NCBI GenBank assembly: GCA_000165425.1 | Contig: CT868660.1 | Span: 372,001 to 436,000 of the forward strand | DNA length: 64,000 nt | Direction of reading: 5' to 3' | Source: Paramecium tetraurelia | Taxonomy: Eukaryota | In this document: positions 37,860 through 52,503 of the stretch, one piece after another | Layout: every line of letters starts with the position of its first letter | Numbering within the stretch: the stretch's first letter is position 1 | Notes under the pieces: model-generated | Told to the model about the DNA's origin: nothing | The model's database searches: none | The model's input: only the letters and a program-made list of their open reading frames with translations | Position numbers and translations under genes: made by a program

Positions 37860-38563
37860 ATGAGTGTATATCAACATCAATCAAGTAGCAATAGCTAGAC
37901 ATAATCCTAAAAATATCAGAATAAATCAAGGCAGGTTGAGGCGGAAGATTAAATAGTTAAATATACAGTGAGATAGGATTTTTTAAATCTTCTTACCATT
38001 GCTGCTGATTATCAAGCTGGCTTAAATTATTCAGGAAACAAGAAAAACATGGAATAAATTCTCATTATGTTGCAAAACAAATTAATATTGCAGGTCAACC
38101 TTTCAAGTTCAATTCATTAAGATTAATAATAATAATGTAAAAACTCACCTCAACTGAATGCAACATTAATGAAAGAAAAAGGTAAAGTAAAGGAATTTCT
38201 AAAAATTATAATTAATGAATAAAAATTTGCTCCTTAAATTGAAAAATATCTCGAATGTTACTTGAATAAGTGTTTAAATGAATACCCTATATTAGTAAAT
38301 GAACCATTAAATCCTGTTAAACATAAGGCTGAATTCAATTAAGATACTCTTTAAAAAGTCTTATGCTCTATTAATTAAACTGATTAAAACTACAGTGATA
38401 TTTACAGCGGGAAAGTTTAAGCAAAAGAATTATCATAGAGTGATATTGATAAGCGTATACAGTAAAAAATATATGTTATTAATTTAGGGAAAGAATAAAT
38501 ACTGTCAATCGTAAATTGGAAGGCTCTCAAGAGAGAGGATGCAATTGGTGCTAATTAATCTGA
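37860..38563 (+). CDS. Hypothetical protein ending in a CaaX box (CNWCQLI); paralog of 36649-37723
   Basis: One 26-nt intron (38462-38487); NKLILQVNLS, AEFNQDTLQKV, IQ|ER; TGA 38561-38563. Confidence 0.75.
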
Positions 38564-39267
38564 ATAAAGAAATAATGAAAATGTTTTTATTATACACGCT
38601 TTTTTTGATAAATTATTCTATTATAAAAGAATAGGATTTCTTAATATGATTTAATATATCTTAATCATCAGATTACTTTCGTATTATTTTATTGGATATA
38701 AATATAGCAAAAATAAAAGCACTAAACAAAATGTTACAATTTAAAATTTTATTCTATTTACAATTCAATTAGAGATATATTATGAAAAAGAAAATTTTTC
38801 TTTCTTTTATAATTATTCAAAAACTGTTAGTCTAATTATTACAAAGAACTCGATCATATATTATTATATGATATTTACACTTCTTAGATTGAATGAATAT
38901 ATATTACTTAATGTATAGTACTCCATTTAGATAAGCTTTAATTTATTGAGCCTTCGTTTTATCCAATCTTACTCAAATTATTCTCAATTTCTTGTGTTTA
39001 GTCTCTTGAGTCCAATTCTAAAAACAATAAAGTAGAAGGTAGTATTTTGAACGAAATATATTTTCTAAACTATTCTAGTATCTGATTTATAATTATGTTT
39101 TAATCTTAAAGAACTATATTCCTCAAAAATCTACATAAAATTTATTCGTTCTTCTTGATCCTATTGAAATCCTATGAAGAAAGTAATAAAGAATAAGTCA
39201 TATAGAATGTTTTCAGAAATAAATAAGATAATAAAATGTAATTAATTTTATAATTTGTTATAAACTC

Positions 39268-40395
<1,128 letters not shown>

Positions 40396-40844
40396 TAAAT
40401 ATTTACACTTATTAAATTGAATGAACTTCTTCCTTGTTTAAATGTTTTAAATTGAGTCATCTAAAATATTTCTGATTGGTTCTGACTTTTTTATAAATCT
40501 ATGGCTATTATAATAATTAATTATAATAATAGCCATAAATTTACTTAATATAAATTTATTTATTATAACTTAATTTAAATTAATTCTAAATCTTTATAAT
40601 AACAATAAGTATTATTTCTCAAAGAGTTTTTTTAATTATATAAGATTTACTTATTTTATTATAGAAAATAAAAGTTGAAGATTTGATCTAAATTTAAATA
40701 ATTGTAAACCATACTCATAAATATTACATAAACCATCAATGACAAATGCAAGAATTCAAAAATACTAAAAAGACAGGAAGGTTAATTATAGAAATTTGTA
40801 TTAACTGTATTATTCTATATGTTACAATCTATATATTATTGTAA

Positions 40845-41556
40845 TCACTCTTTAAGGGTTGCCTTCTTCAAATTCTCAACAAATAATTTATTGTAATTGA
40901 CAACCTTATTGGCCAAGCTATTCAACAAATCTTTTGGAGCATCTCCCTTTGGATCAAAAGATTACACCATTGTCACTAAGGTTTATCCATTTGCAATTGG
41001 TTTAAATCCAAAGAAACTTATGATTATCTCAGCTCTAACATATTCTTCTTTTACGGGTGCTTCAGGTACTTCAATGGATTTTGCTAGTAAATATCTAAAA
41101 TATTATATACCAACAATAAAGTTTGTACCATCAGGTAAGGATGAGGCTTTAGACACAGTGACTATATCTCTTTATTATTATAAGACTTAATTAGGTTTGG
41201 TTAGAATATATTGAATAGAAATGGTATCATCGATTTTCTTAATTAGATTAATCTAACAATATAATGATTATAAATATACTTCTTGAGCTGTGTGGTTGTA
41301 TTCTGAAAATCTTGTCGAGTCTTTAAGCACTTCAACAGCTTTTTTTGGGTCTATCTCAGCTATAATTTCAGATCTTGAGATCTTCCATCCTGTTGAGCCA
41401 GGTTTAGAATAGAATACAACTCCATCCTGTTCAATTTCCTTTTCCCATTTACCTTCCTCAATAGTTTAATATGCCAATTCAATAGCCTTAGCTTGTAATT
41501 CTAAGATATTAGGTTAATGACTTACATTCTAATTCTGCTTAATAATTTGCTTGCAT
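40845..41556 (-). CDS. START (lipid-binding) domain protein
   Basis: WEKEIEQDGVVFY, RDIVTV, KSIEVPEAPVKEEYVRAE, DPKGDAP. Confidence 0.85.
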
Positions 41557-41988
41557 GCTTGTTGTATACTTAATTTATTGGGATAATCAATTAAGATTTG
41601 CAATTAAATAGCATAAAATTATACTATGTTCTATAAGGTGATTAAAACAGAATATTAGAAATTCCTATTAAATTGGAATATAATTTAATTTATTAAGTTT
41701 TTGATTTAAATGTTATTTTATTTAATTACAATAATTCCATATTGGCATTAAATAGTGATAATTACTAAATCTCATACTTTTTGTAAATTTATTTTGTTTT
41801 ATATATGTTCTATAAATACTTTAATTGTGATTATTTCAGCTAAACCCCTTATGAATTCAAATTCAACAACTCTATTTTGAATAAAATGTTAAACATAAAT
41901 TATGAATTCCAGATCTATAAAACATATTAACTTAATTTTAAATAACATCTAACTTAAAATGTTATAATCAAATTTTACAAATAAAATT

Positions 41989-43101
41989 ATGATAGAATCT
42001 CATCCCCCAATTGTAATTGAAAATGCTTCTTGCAATATCAGAGCTGGAATTGTTGGAGAAGCAGCCCCTAGATGTTGTTTTCCAACCCAAGTTCTCAAAT
42101 TACAGGATTCTAAATAAAACAAATTCTTAATTGGAAGTCAGATGCAAGAACACCAATTAAATTATTAACCTTGTTATCCAATTCAATATGGGTACATAAT
42201 GGATTGGGAGGCTATGGAATAGATTTGGAAATATATTTTTGAGGTCTAATTATAAATTTCACCTTCTAATCATCCTGTATTATTAACAGAAGCACCTAGA
42301 AACCCTAAAATGAATCAAGAAAAGATGACAGAAATCATGTTTGAAAACTTTGACATTCCCCTTCTTCATATATCCAATTAGACTGTGCTTTCATTATATT
42401 CATTAGGCAAAACTTCAGGTGTGATATTAGATTCCGGTGAAGGCATGACACATTGCGTACCAATATATGAAGGATTCTAATTGAGACATTAGCTATCGAG
42501 ATTGGATGTGGCTGGATATGCCTGTACAAATTATATGTCATAATTGTTGAAAGATTAATTTCTGAGAATGTATACCCCAGTAGAAAGGAATCGGATTGCA
42601 AAGGCTATAAAAGAATCATTATGCTATGTAGCATTGGATCCGATTTTAGAAGAGAATAAATATCAAGGAAATACATCGTAATCGAGCTCATACATTTTAC
42701 CTGATGGAAGTAAACTAACCATAAAAGAACAGAAATATCAATGTCCAGAAATTTTATTCAATCCGAATATTGCTGGATATGAATTACCAGGAATTCATTA
42801 AATAACTTATTCTTCAATTTTTAAATCTGATAGAGATTTATAGTAATAACTTTATAATAATATTGTGATTACTGGAGGAACAACTTTATTCCCTGGCCTT
42901 TAAGAAAGACTGCTTAAGGAAATTGAAAATCTAGTTAAGTAACCTTCTCGAACTAGGATTATTGTACCCCCAAATAGATTAAATTCAACTTGGATTGGAG
43001 GATCTATTTTATCTACATTAACGAATTTTAAACCGTTTTGGATCACAAAGCATGAATATGAAGAATTTGGACCTTCAATTGCACATATTAAATGTTTCTG
43101 A
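41989..43101 (+). CDS. Divergent actin (370 aa, intronless)
   Basis: [56 protein letters not shown]. Confidence 0.9.
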
Positions 43102-43297
43102 CTTGTAAAAATTAATAATGATCTAACATTTGTAGAACATATTATTAATTCAAATATATCTTAATTATTTATTCTTTATCCATATGATAGTGAGGTTGAA
43201 CCAAGCATTTTCCTACTCTAGATTAAAATTATATGAGATAATAATCAACTAAAAATAATAAGTTTTGAATAACTAATAATTAATTTATTGATATGAT

Positions 43298-46200
43298 TCA
43301 TATTCCATCATCAATAACATCCTCTTCTTAGAAATCATCATCATTTTACTCTTATTACCTCCCATATGGTTGTTTCTTATTTTATTATTGTTATTGTTAT
43401 TATTGACTACCTACTTTTTATTTCATGTAATTCATAACTTTTTAAATCTAAAATAGAATAGAAATGTTACTAATTCTTGATCCAAATACGGATTGAGTAC
43501 AATAGATTTCTTCTACATCTTTTACATCTCTTCATAAGCCTTCTCATATTGACCTTGAGCATAATAGTATTCAATCAACTCTGCAAATATATCTCCCTGT
43601 CTAACTGCATACTCAATATTACTCTAAATATATACTATAACTAAATACATCATTTAATAACTTATAGTAGATTTATAACATCTCTTGAGGAGACTTCTAT
43701 TTAGCTTGAACAAAATCTAAGATCAATTTTAATTTTTATTATAATTGTTGTGTTTTCTATTGGCTAGTTGTTTTCTCTGAATATTTAATTGCCTCTTTCA
43801 ATGCAGCACATGCCTTTTCATAATCCCTATATTCATCGATTTCAACTGAAGAACATGCTTCAAAGAAATTGGCCAAGTGATCAAATGCCTTGGCTTTATT
43901 ATAGAATTGTATAATGTGCTTCATAAGATCCGGTGTTTTATGCCAATCACCAGTCTACAGGTAATTACCAGCCAGTATATAGATTTCAGCCATTCTAGCA
44001 TTATTTGCAAATGCAATTATCTTTTCAACATCACCCAATTTACAAAGGGCTTTCATGGCTTTCACTCTTTCTCCCATCTAAATATACATTTTAGAAGCCT
44101 ATTCGAAATTGCCCATCTTTTTTGATTTCTCAGCAATTAACAATTACACTTCTTTTTTTCGTTTGTCATCAAGACCATCCAACATTTGTTTAACCATATC
44201 GTCACTAATTTAAATACCTTAATTTTCACACATCTCTAATACTTTTTCAAACTATTTCTTATTTATTAAGTCTTATATTGATCCTGGAGGTGGTGCTCTA
44301 TCCTTTGATTGAGTGGATTGCTATTACTGCTATTATTGATTAACTATTTTCTATTATGATGGAGCTTCCTTCAAAGAACCTGTATTAGTAAAGGCCAAAT
44401 CAACAGTCTCCTATTTTTGAAGTGCAATTTCTTAATTGATCTTTTTCACATAATCTGTCAATTTCTCCTTTTAAGCTAAATACAAGGCTTTTTGCAATTA
44501 TCCTCCTCTCATGTAGAGTAAAACTGCTTTATCAATAATTTTCTTTTATTCAAAGTAGATGGCTGATTAAATCATAATCAATTTAGGAGCTTACAATGAT
44601 ATTGCAGTCACATCAGAAATCAAATTAGCCTCCTTAGCCAATCTTATTGCTTCACTATAGTATTAGGCTTTTGCATAATATTAAATGGCTTCAGGGATGA
44701 TGTTCTTGGCCTCTAGATATTTGGCTAAGAAGTAATGAGCAGCAGGATCATTCTTATCATTACAAGTCTCTTTGGCATGTCTCACATTATCTTAGTGTAA
44801 TAACACTCTGACAATTCCCAAGGCATCATTTGAATCTCTGTAGAACTTCATTGCTTCTTCGTATTGTTCCTATGACTCTAGATGATTGCCCCACCATTTA
44901 TAAAGAATTGGGTCTTTCTTTTATAGGACGTAGCCTTCCAAATATTATAATTCATCAGCCTCATAAAACATTCTAGGTATTTCTTTTTGTGCATTACCTG
45001 ACTTTTCATAATATTAGATTGCTTTATCCCATTCCTTAGAAATTTCATATTGTTTAGCCAATTTGTAATACGTTGATAAGAGATTGATTCTGTCATGTTT
45101 CTCTGCAATTTCCAATGCCTTTTCCCATTATCCTTATGCCTAATACAATTTATTGAGTAAATCATATCTCTTGCATTAATAATATAGTTTTTCAGCTTCA
45201 GAGATCATATTTAATTGAATAGCAACCATAGCTAATTAAGCTTCAAATTCAGGTTCCTTCTTTGTTTCTCTAATTGCCTTAGCACCTCTGGCGAATCTCA
45301 TGTTTCCTATACAAATTTCAGCAACATCCAATCTTCTGGTTTTGACACTCATCTAAGCCATTTTTTCCCAGACTGTTGGATTTTGAATAGCCTTTACAGA
45401 TTTATAGGCTTCATCCAAATTACCACAAGATAAATGATAAGAGAAATTAATAACAGCTCTTTTGGTTGGTTCATCTGCTCTTTCTAAGCCAGTGAAATCA
45501 TTCATTAGGATCTCTTAAATTCTATATGTTTGTTCTTTCTTCTGAATAACATTAATATGTGGAATACGAATAGACAATACGCCTTCGTATTTTTCATCAA
45601 GTACATAACAATCTTATTCTTTGATTCCTGTATGAGGATTGAAGAAGAAAGTGAAAAACTTTTTAGCTCTGAAATCAGCTTATTCCTCTTCAACATCATT
45701 TTCACTATTTGTTTTAATTTTAGTGCAGATAGTAGTAACTCCAAAGAATCTTGGATCTGAATAGTCCCACATTATCTAAGTAGCTTTTCTGTATTATGGC
45801 AATTCAAATGATTAAAAGTTGTTGTTCTCTGGATTATAAACAAAAAATAAGTCATTTTGATTTCCATGATTATCTGCAATAATAGCCACATTGGAACCAT
45901 CACAATTGACCGCACATTATTTAATTGTACCTAAAGGACCCTTATCATTTTCAAACTTGCAATTAAATCCTGAGAGTTGAGCCTCTCTTCTACTAAAATC
46001 ATATAATCTAAAATAATTGTTGTGTGTCCAAATGACCATTGTTTTATTGTTGAATTCATAATTAGCTATGATTCCATCACTCTCTGAGAAGTCAACAAAG
46101 TATTTTTAAACTCCTTTAAAGTTAGTTACTTCAAATTTGTATTCATAAAACAAGATAAGATCTTCTTAAAAGAGAGCAGCCTTCACACACTTCTTTTCAA

Positions 46201-47590
46201 ATGACGATTTAGCTAGAATTTAAGAATTATCTAAATAGATTTATTATATTATTTACTTGTAAATTCGCTGATCTCAATCCTGTTTGCACTTTGAACTAAA
46301 AGATGTTACTGAGTACAATCAATTGACTTAATGGGAAATTTGCTATCCCATTAAAACATTGACCAAGGTCCTTTTTCTTTGTCTTGATTTTAGGAGTCAT
46401 TTTTAAAATAGATCAATACTTTATTATGTTCTATTTACAAAACTCTAACATTCTCATATATTTTGCCATGAACCAAAGTTTCTTGAACTATTTTAACAGA
46501 ATCTGCTGATCTTGCAGCAATAACTCCACTATTTTTACCAATAGCAATTTCATTGACTGTTTTATTAAGAGCAATTATTTGTAATGCCTTCCACTACTCA
46601 CTTTCAACGGGAGATTCATCTGTCAATGCGTAGTTTTTCCAAAATACCAATCTACCATCTTTAGTTCCTGCTACCAAATTCTTTGATTTCTTGCTGTATT
46701 GAACACATGTAATCTTGTCATTCAATATCTTCTCCTTAGGATATAACTCTTAAAATTCATGCAGAGTGATAACATAATTTTCATCAGCTTCCAACTAAAA
46801 CATTCTTATCATATTTTCATTCGATGAAATTGCTATTAAACATTAACCTATCCAAACTGATTGCAATGATTCTGGCTCTCCTGCTATTGATAATTTAACC
46901 TTTTTGTCTGGCTATGTCTTTTCACTTGTGCTGATTTTAAATTAAACCAAAAGCAAACCACTTGTAATAATGATAACTGAATTATATTTCTCGTATATCA
47001 TCAAGCATTTAATACTACCCACTACTTTACAGACTTCTGAACAGTGTTTACTATCATCAGCCAAACATACCAATCCTGATTTTCCACCAAAGAAGAATAA
47101 ATTTTGGGCCTTGATAATATTATTTAAATCGGCGAATATGCAAATTGTCATTATACCTTCCTTTTGGTATGTACTCATTGGAGTTATTCCTCTCCATACG
47201 ACTACTAGACCCGATATATCTGCACTCACCATCCTAGATCCATTGGTGTTATATTGTATTAAATTAATTTCTTCTTTATGCACAGCTGATTCCTCCTTTG
47301 CAGTACGTGTATCCTCTTACCATATTGTTATTGTACCTAGATGTTATATAGTAGAATCTACCATTCTGCCATCCTATTGCTAATTGTGGCTGAATAGGAT
47401 GCCATGCAATTGCAGTAGGTTTCTAATTACGAGCTAATTCATAATCGAATTTCTCCCCTTAATCATTATACAGCATCACTCTAGATATCGTACAGATCGC
47501 TATGGATGGACTTATAGCACTGTGTGAGACAGACATCATAGTAATGGTTTCATTTTTTATTGAAATCGTATGTTCACTCAAAATTGACAT
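43298..47590 (-). CDS. IFT140: Intraflagellar transport protein IFT140 (IFT-A; WD40 + TPR)
   Basis: N-terminal WD repeats (AWHP); DFTGLE...[22 protein letters not shown]...[25 protein letters not shown]. Confidence 0.92.
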
Positions 47591-47636
47591 TTTTAATATT
47601 AAATTCAAAATTCAATTTTCTTGTTAACAAATCACT

Positions 47637-47763
47637 TCAACCCATTACCTCTTTGAATCTACACACCAAGTCATCCCTATCATTTGTTAGTCACATTAGA
47701 TAAGTACAACTTCTACTCAATTTCATCTGTCTTAGCAGTAGAAATACAGAATTATTCAAGCAT
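47637..47763 (-). CDS. Candidate 31-aa spliced micro-ORF or 3' remnant of a gene
   Basis: ATG 47763, 31-nt GTA..TAG intron 47677-47707, TGA 47637-47639; MLEQFCISTAKTDEIEQKLDDLVCRFKEVMG. Confidence 0.35.
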
Positions 47764-48078
47764 TTAATAATAAATTACATCTTTTATAAGTCATTTCCTT
47801 AAATAAAATAGACTTTTCAACAATTTATGATTAATAAATAGAAATAATCTTAATAAAAAGATTAAATATGTTTATCATAATTATCTGTAATAATTTACAA
47901 TTTAACTTAGGTCTCTATTATTAAATTTAAAAATATATTCTACTAAGTTAAGTTATATATATAAATTTAAAAGCATTTGCATTCTCATTTAAAAGCACTA
48001 AAGTTCTATATTAGATATTAATTAAGAAATTGTGGAAATAATTGGCTATTGATGATAATAATGATGTTAATATTCAAT

Positions 48079-48849
48079 TCAATTCGCTTATGAGATCTGA
48101 TTAAAATATGTGACTGCCTAGTTATAGAGATTTGTATATTTAAGTATTTCTTCTTGAGTACGCTCTGGAGCATGAATAATACTTTTAATACACTCCGCAA
48201 CAGCGATAAGATTACCAACTCTTGCCTATTCCTAGGCTATCTTTAATTTTTATATAATATCCTATATATTTTATTTGTATATCTCACATCTTGTGGAAAT
48301 ATGTATTGCATCTCAAATGAAATGTGCTAAAAGACTAATTGCATGGGATCTTCTTGCTTCACCTGAGGGGGAGGTGAGGGCATCTAGGGCATCTGGGGCT
48401 ATGGCTGGAATGGGATGGACTATTGTTGATTTGCCTCGGAGTCTAAAATAGAATAGGGAAATACCATGGATGTATTGACAATTTTAGCCATTTTTACAAT
48501 AGTTTTGAGCATGGTATTTGCAGGGAACAAAAATAATAATAATTTAAGCTATACTTTAAAATATGGGAGGTTGAGGTTTATTCAGGGGTTATTCAATAAC
48601 TGTGGCCATGGCTGATAGAGCAGAGGCAGGCAGAGGATCTGAAAAAGATAAGATATTAGTGAATACCATTGATTTATCTTTATTCTTGAGTTCCATGAGC
48701 AAATTGACATTTGTTTCCAATGGCACATTATTTAGTTGCTTGAATTGATTGTAGGTATTACCTTAGTAATGACGACAAAGCATGGTTTTGTATTTGGCAT
48801 TAGGCACATTTTATTGTTGCAATTGGCTACCCCCAAATTAATATGACAT
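48079..48849 (-). CDS. CCCH zinc-finger protein (two fingers, TIS11-like lead-in)
   Basis: YKTMLCRHYQATKQCAIGNKCQFAHG; PCKYHAQNYCKNGQNCQYIH. Confidence 0.88.
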
Positions 48850-48879
48850 TTATATTATAATATAAATTATCGTTTTATT

Positions 48880-50018
48880 ATGCATTTAATATTGATGATC
48901 TTAACAATTCTGGGGTAGTGCAAACTGAGCACTAAGCCTCATCAGAATCATTTCGAGAATATATTCTATTACGATGACGAATATTACAAAGTAAACCACA
49001 ATAAAAGCTTAGAATCATCTGCATGTATCCAAAGTGTATTGGAATGCCAATTTCAATAAGCGTTTAAAAGACGTTGACCCCAGATATCTGTATTACAAGG
49101 ATGGAGACATCAAAAGATACACGAAATATGATAAAATAGGACAAGGAGCCTTCTCTCAAGTTTTCCTCGGACTTCGAGATGACGGCGAGATAGTGGTAAT
49201 GAAGGAACTAAAACCTATGAAATGGCAGGCAATCAACAGAGAAATTCAAGTGTTGAAAGCTATCAAGGGGACAACGAATACCTTATAGTTGATTGATGCT
49301 ATTAGAAATCAAAATAAGAAACAAAATGCTACTTTTATTTATTAATATTTGAGCAGTGTGAATTTACTGCATTTATTTGGAAAACTGGAATTACCAAAGA
49401 TAAAATTATACATGTACTAATTGCTAAAAGTATTTACAATACTTAAAAGGCTTTAAATTAAGTGCATAGTAAAGGAGTCATGCATCGAGATGTAAAGATG
49501 GCGAATATCATCATTAAAGAAGATGACACACTCTACCTAATTGATTGGGGTTTGGGAGAGTTCTACCACCCAAAAAAGAGATATAACACCAGAGTGGGAA
49601 CTCGCTATTACAAAGCTCCAGAATTGTTGGTCAATAATAAACAATACGATTACAGTATTGATATGTGGGCCTTTGGTTGTACATTAGCAAGCATGATATT
49701 TCAAAAGTAACCTTTATTCAAAGGCAAAGATGTCTATGATTAATTAGATAAGATTGTTGCTGTTTTGGGAACTGAAGATCTCCTTAAATACTTAGCTAAG
49801 TATGATCTCATCTACCCTGATCCACCCATGTATAGATATACACATTTATTAGTCATTCCTAAAAGCCTTTCACTATTTATATAGATCCTGAGAATGCTCA
49901 CTTAGTTACAAAGGAAGGTTTGGATCTGATAAGCAAATTGTTGGTCTATGATCATAAATTAAGACTCACTGCAGAAGAGGCTATGGCACATTCTTTTTTT
50001 GATGGCTATCGAATATGA
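48880..50018 (+). CDS. Casein kinase 2 alpha-like kinase with N-terminal signal-peptide-like sequence
   Basis: [59 protein letters not shown]-term [14 protein letters not shown]. Confidence 0.88.
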
Positions 50019-50032
50019 ATTAATTTAAATAA

Positions 50033-50935
50033 ATGTAAAAAATTATTGTTCCTATTTTAACTTTGAATAATGGCAACAAAATTCCATAAGTAGGTTATGG
50101 TACTTACCAATCCAAGGGTAATGAATTAGTTGATGGAATCAAATATGCCTTATAAGCGTATTAATATTTATAATTACTACTCCTAGCGGGTACACTCACA
50201 TAGATTCTGCCTCCTGTTATAGAAATGGCAAGGATATTAGAGTTCCTAAGAGGGAAGATATTTTCATCACTTCTAAGATCGCCCCTCAAGAACAAGGATA
50301 TGAGAATACCATTAATGCTTGCAAAAAAATCCTATAAGATTTGGATACTACATACCTTGATTTATTACTAATTCATTGGCCAGGTTCTGCAGGTAATAAA
50401 CCTAATAGTCCTGAAAATGCCACTGTGAGACTTTAGACTTATAAAGCTTTAGAGCAATTATTTTAAGAAGGGAAAATTAAAAATATTGGAGTCAGCAATT
50501 TTCTAAAACACCATCTTGAACATCTTCTGTAACATTGTAAAATCAAACCTGTTATCAACTAAATAGAAGTACATCCCTTATGTTGGGATTAAGCTACTGT
50601 CCAATTTTGTTAACAATAAGGTAATAATTAGTAATAAATAATTAGGCATCTTGATTGAAGCTTACTCTCCTATTGCTAGAAATGATCCCAAATTGATCTA
50701 GAATCAAAAAATGATTGAGCTTTCAAAGAAATACAATAAAACTGTTGCTTAAGTAAGTCTAAGATGGGCTGTACAAAAGGGGTTTATTATATTACCAAAA
50801 TCAAAGACTCCAAAATACATCAAAGAAAATATTGAGATTTTTGATTTTTAAATTTCTTAAGATGACATGAATGCTATTGATAATCTTAATCAAAATTATC
50901 ACACATGTTGGGATCCTAGCACAGTTATTTATTGA
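50033..50935 (+). CDS. Aldo-keto reductase
   Basis: LNNGNKIPQVGYGTY, IDSASCY, FITSK, YLDLLLIHWP, IGVSNF, NQIEVHP, ILPKS. Confidence 0.92.
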
Positions 50936-51065
50936 GTTATTATTTATATCTTAAAAAAATGAAGTGATATTGTATTGATTATTTTCATTTATTCATATTT
51001 TTGAAAATTCGTTTGAAAAGAAACTAAATTCTTGGAATAACGAATATGATTAATAATTAAATTAA

Positions 51066-51403
51066 ATGGTAAGACGTGTGATTGTGTTATTACTATTAGG
51101 AATAGTGCTTGGATTACAACCATATGAAGCTGATTTCTTGATGTTTGATTAGGATGGGGATAAAGTGCTTAAATATGATGAATTAAGAGCTCAATTTCCA
51201 ACTTAGAACCCATATAACACAGCTGATTTTGTTGCTTAATTCTTTCTAGATTATGATTCCAATGGAGGTATATTACAATAATCATATGTTATTTAGATAA
51301 AATCATTGAATTCAAAGAATATTCAACCAAAAGAGAATAATAAAAATTAGAATTAGAATAATAATAGCAATCCATAAGTTCTATGTATCATGACGATTTA
51401 TGA
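51066..51403 (+). CDS. Small ER-luminal two-EF-hand protein (signal peptide, C-terminal HDDL)
   Basis: MVRRVIVLLLLGIVLG; DQDGDKVLKYDE; DSNGDKIIEFKE; ends HDDL*. Confidence 0.85.
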
Positions 51404-52503
51404 TTTTTTAAACAGTATTTAGTTTATGCAATCTTCTAACCATTCTATTTTCATTGTTAATAAAGTCATATCACTTTTTAGTATTTTTAATTTTTTAACA
51501 TTTATATATATATCATTAGTTTACTTTACGAATCTATCTCAATTATATCCATAAAATACAAAAATATTTATTTTATCTCATCATATACTAACATTAGAAT
51601 TGATATAAATTCAATACTAATTGTAATAACCTATAATTCTTAGATCTCTTTTCTAATTTATTTAAGCTTAATTCATCAACTGTTACATAAAAATTCTGAA
51701 AGAATAAGGAACTAGTAGTTAGTGATAAAACAGATAGATTGTTGAAAGACACAAAGAAGCACGGATATGGTTGTAGTGTTTCAGTAGCTTCTTTATGCAA
51801 ATGTACTTTATTTACTTATAATATATAATTGAATCCCATAAACTAAGGTATGATAGTTTTGATTAATTAATAAATAGCATTCCTGATCATATTTTATTTT
51901 GTAGTTCTAAAAGTTCTGAGTCTTATTTTTAGCAAATTTTAATCAGACTTTTACTTGCATTTATAAAAAAACCATGTTTGGAGGTATTTAATTCATTTGT
52001 CATACCTTGGATTGAGTTGAGAACAAAACTCTTCAACTTTACCATCAAAATGCAGATTTACTAAATAAAATCCGGAAAAAGATGAAGTAATTAAAGAAAT
52101 CTATTTCAATCTTTGTGAGTTCTTCTATGGGTTTTATTACTATTATGATAATTTGAATGCAATTTCGATGCAAATTCTGCTATAATATAAATTAAGAAAA
52201 GTATTAAAATTAATTAATTTATATGCATAATATTGTTATACTTTAGTAAATTTAAGAATAGTATAAACTAAGTAAATCTATGGATTGTTCCATTTTATTA
52301 AAAATGAGTATATAGTTTTAAACAATTTAATGATGAAAATACGGAAATTAATGTAAGGGGTTGCATATCTTTATAAAATGAATGGATAATTTAATTGTCT
52401 TTCTGAAGGAGAACTTAATAACTTAGGATGAGATTAAGGAGATAAAATCAATCATTTATATACCCCAACATCTTTCTGAATTAATAAAATTATAAAGATT
52501 TTT

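Noticed and set aside
51720..51810. GYGCSVSVAS as an IscU/SufU-like motif
   Set aside because: Only a few residues match and the other conserved motifs are absent.
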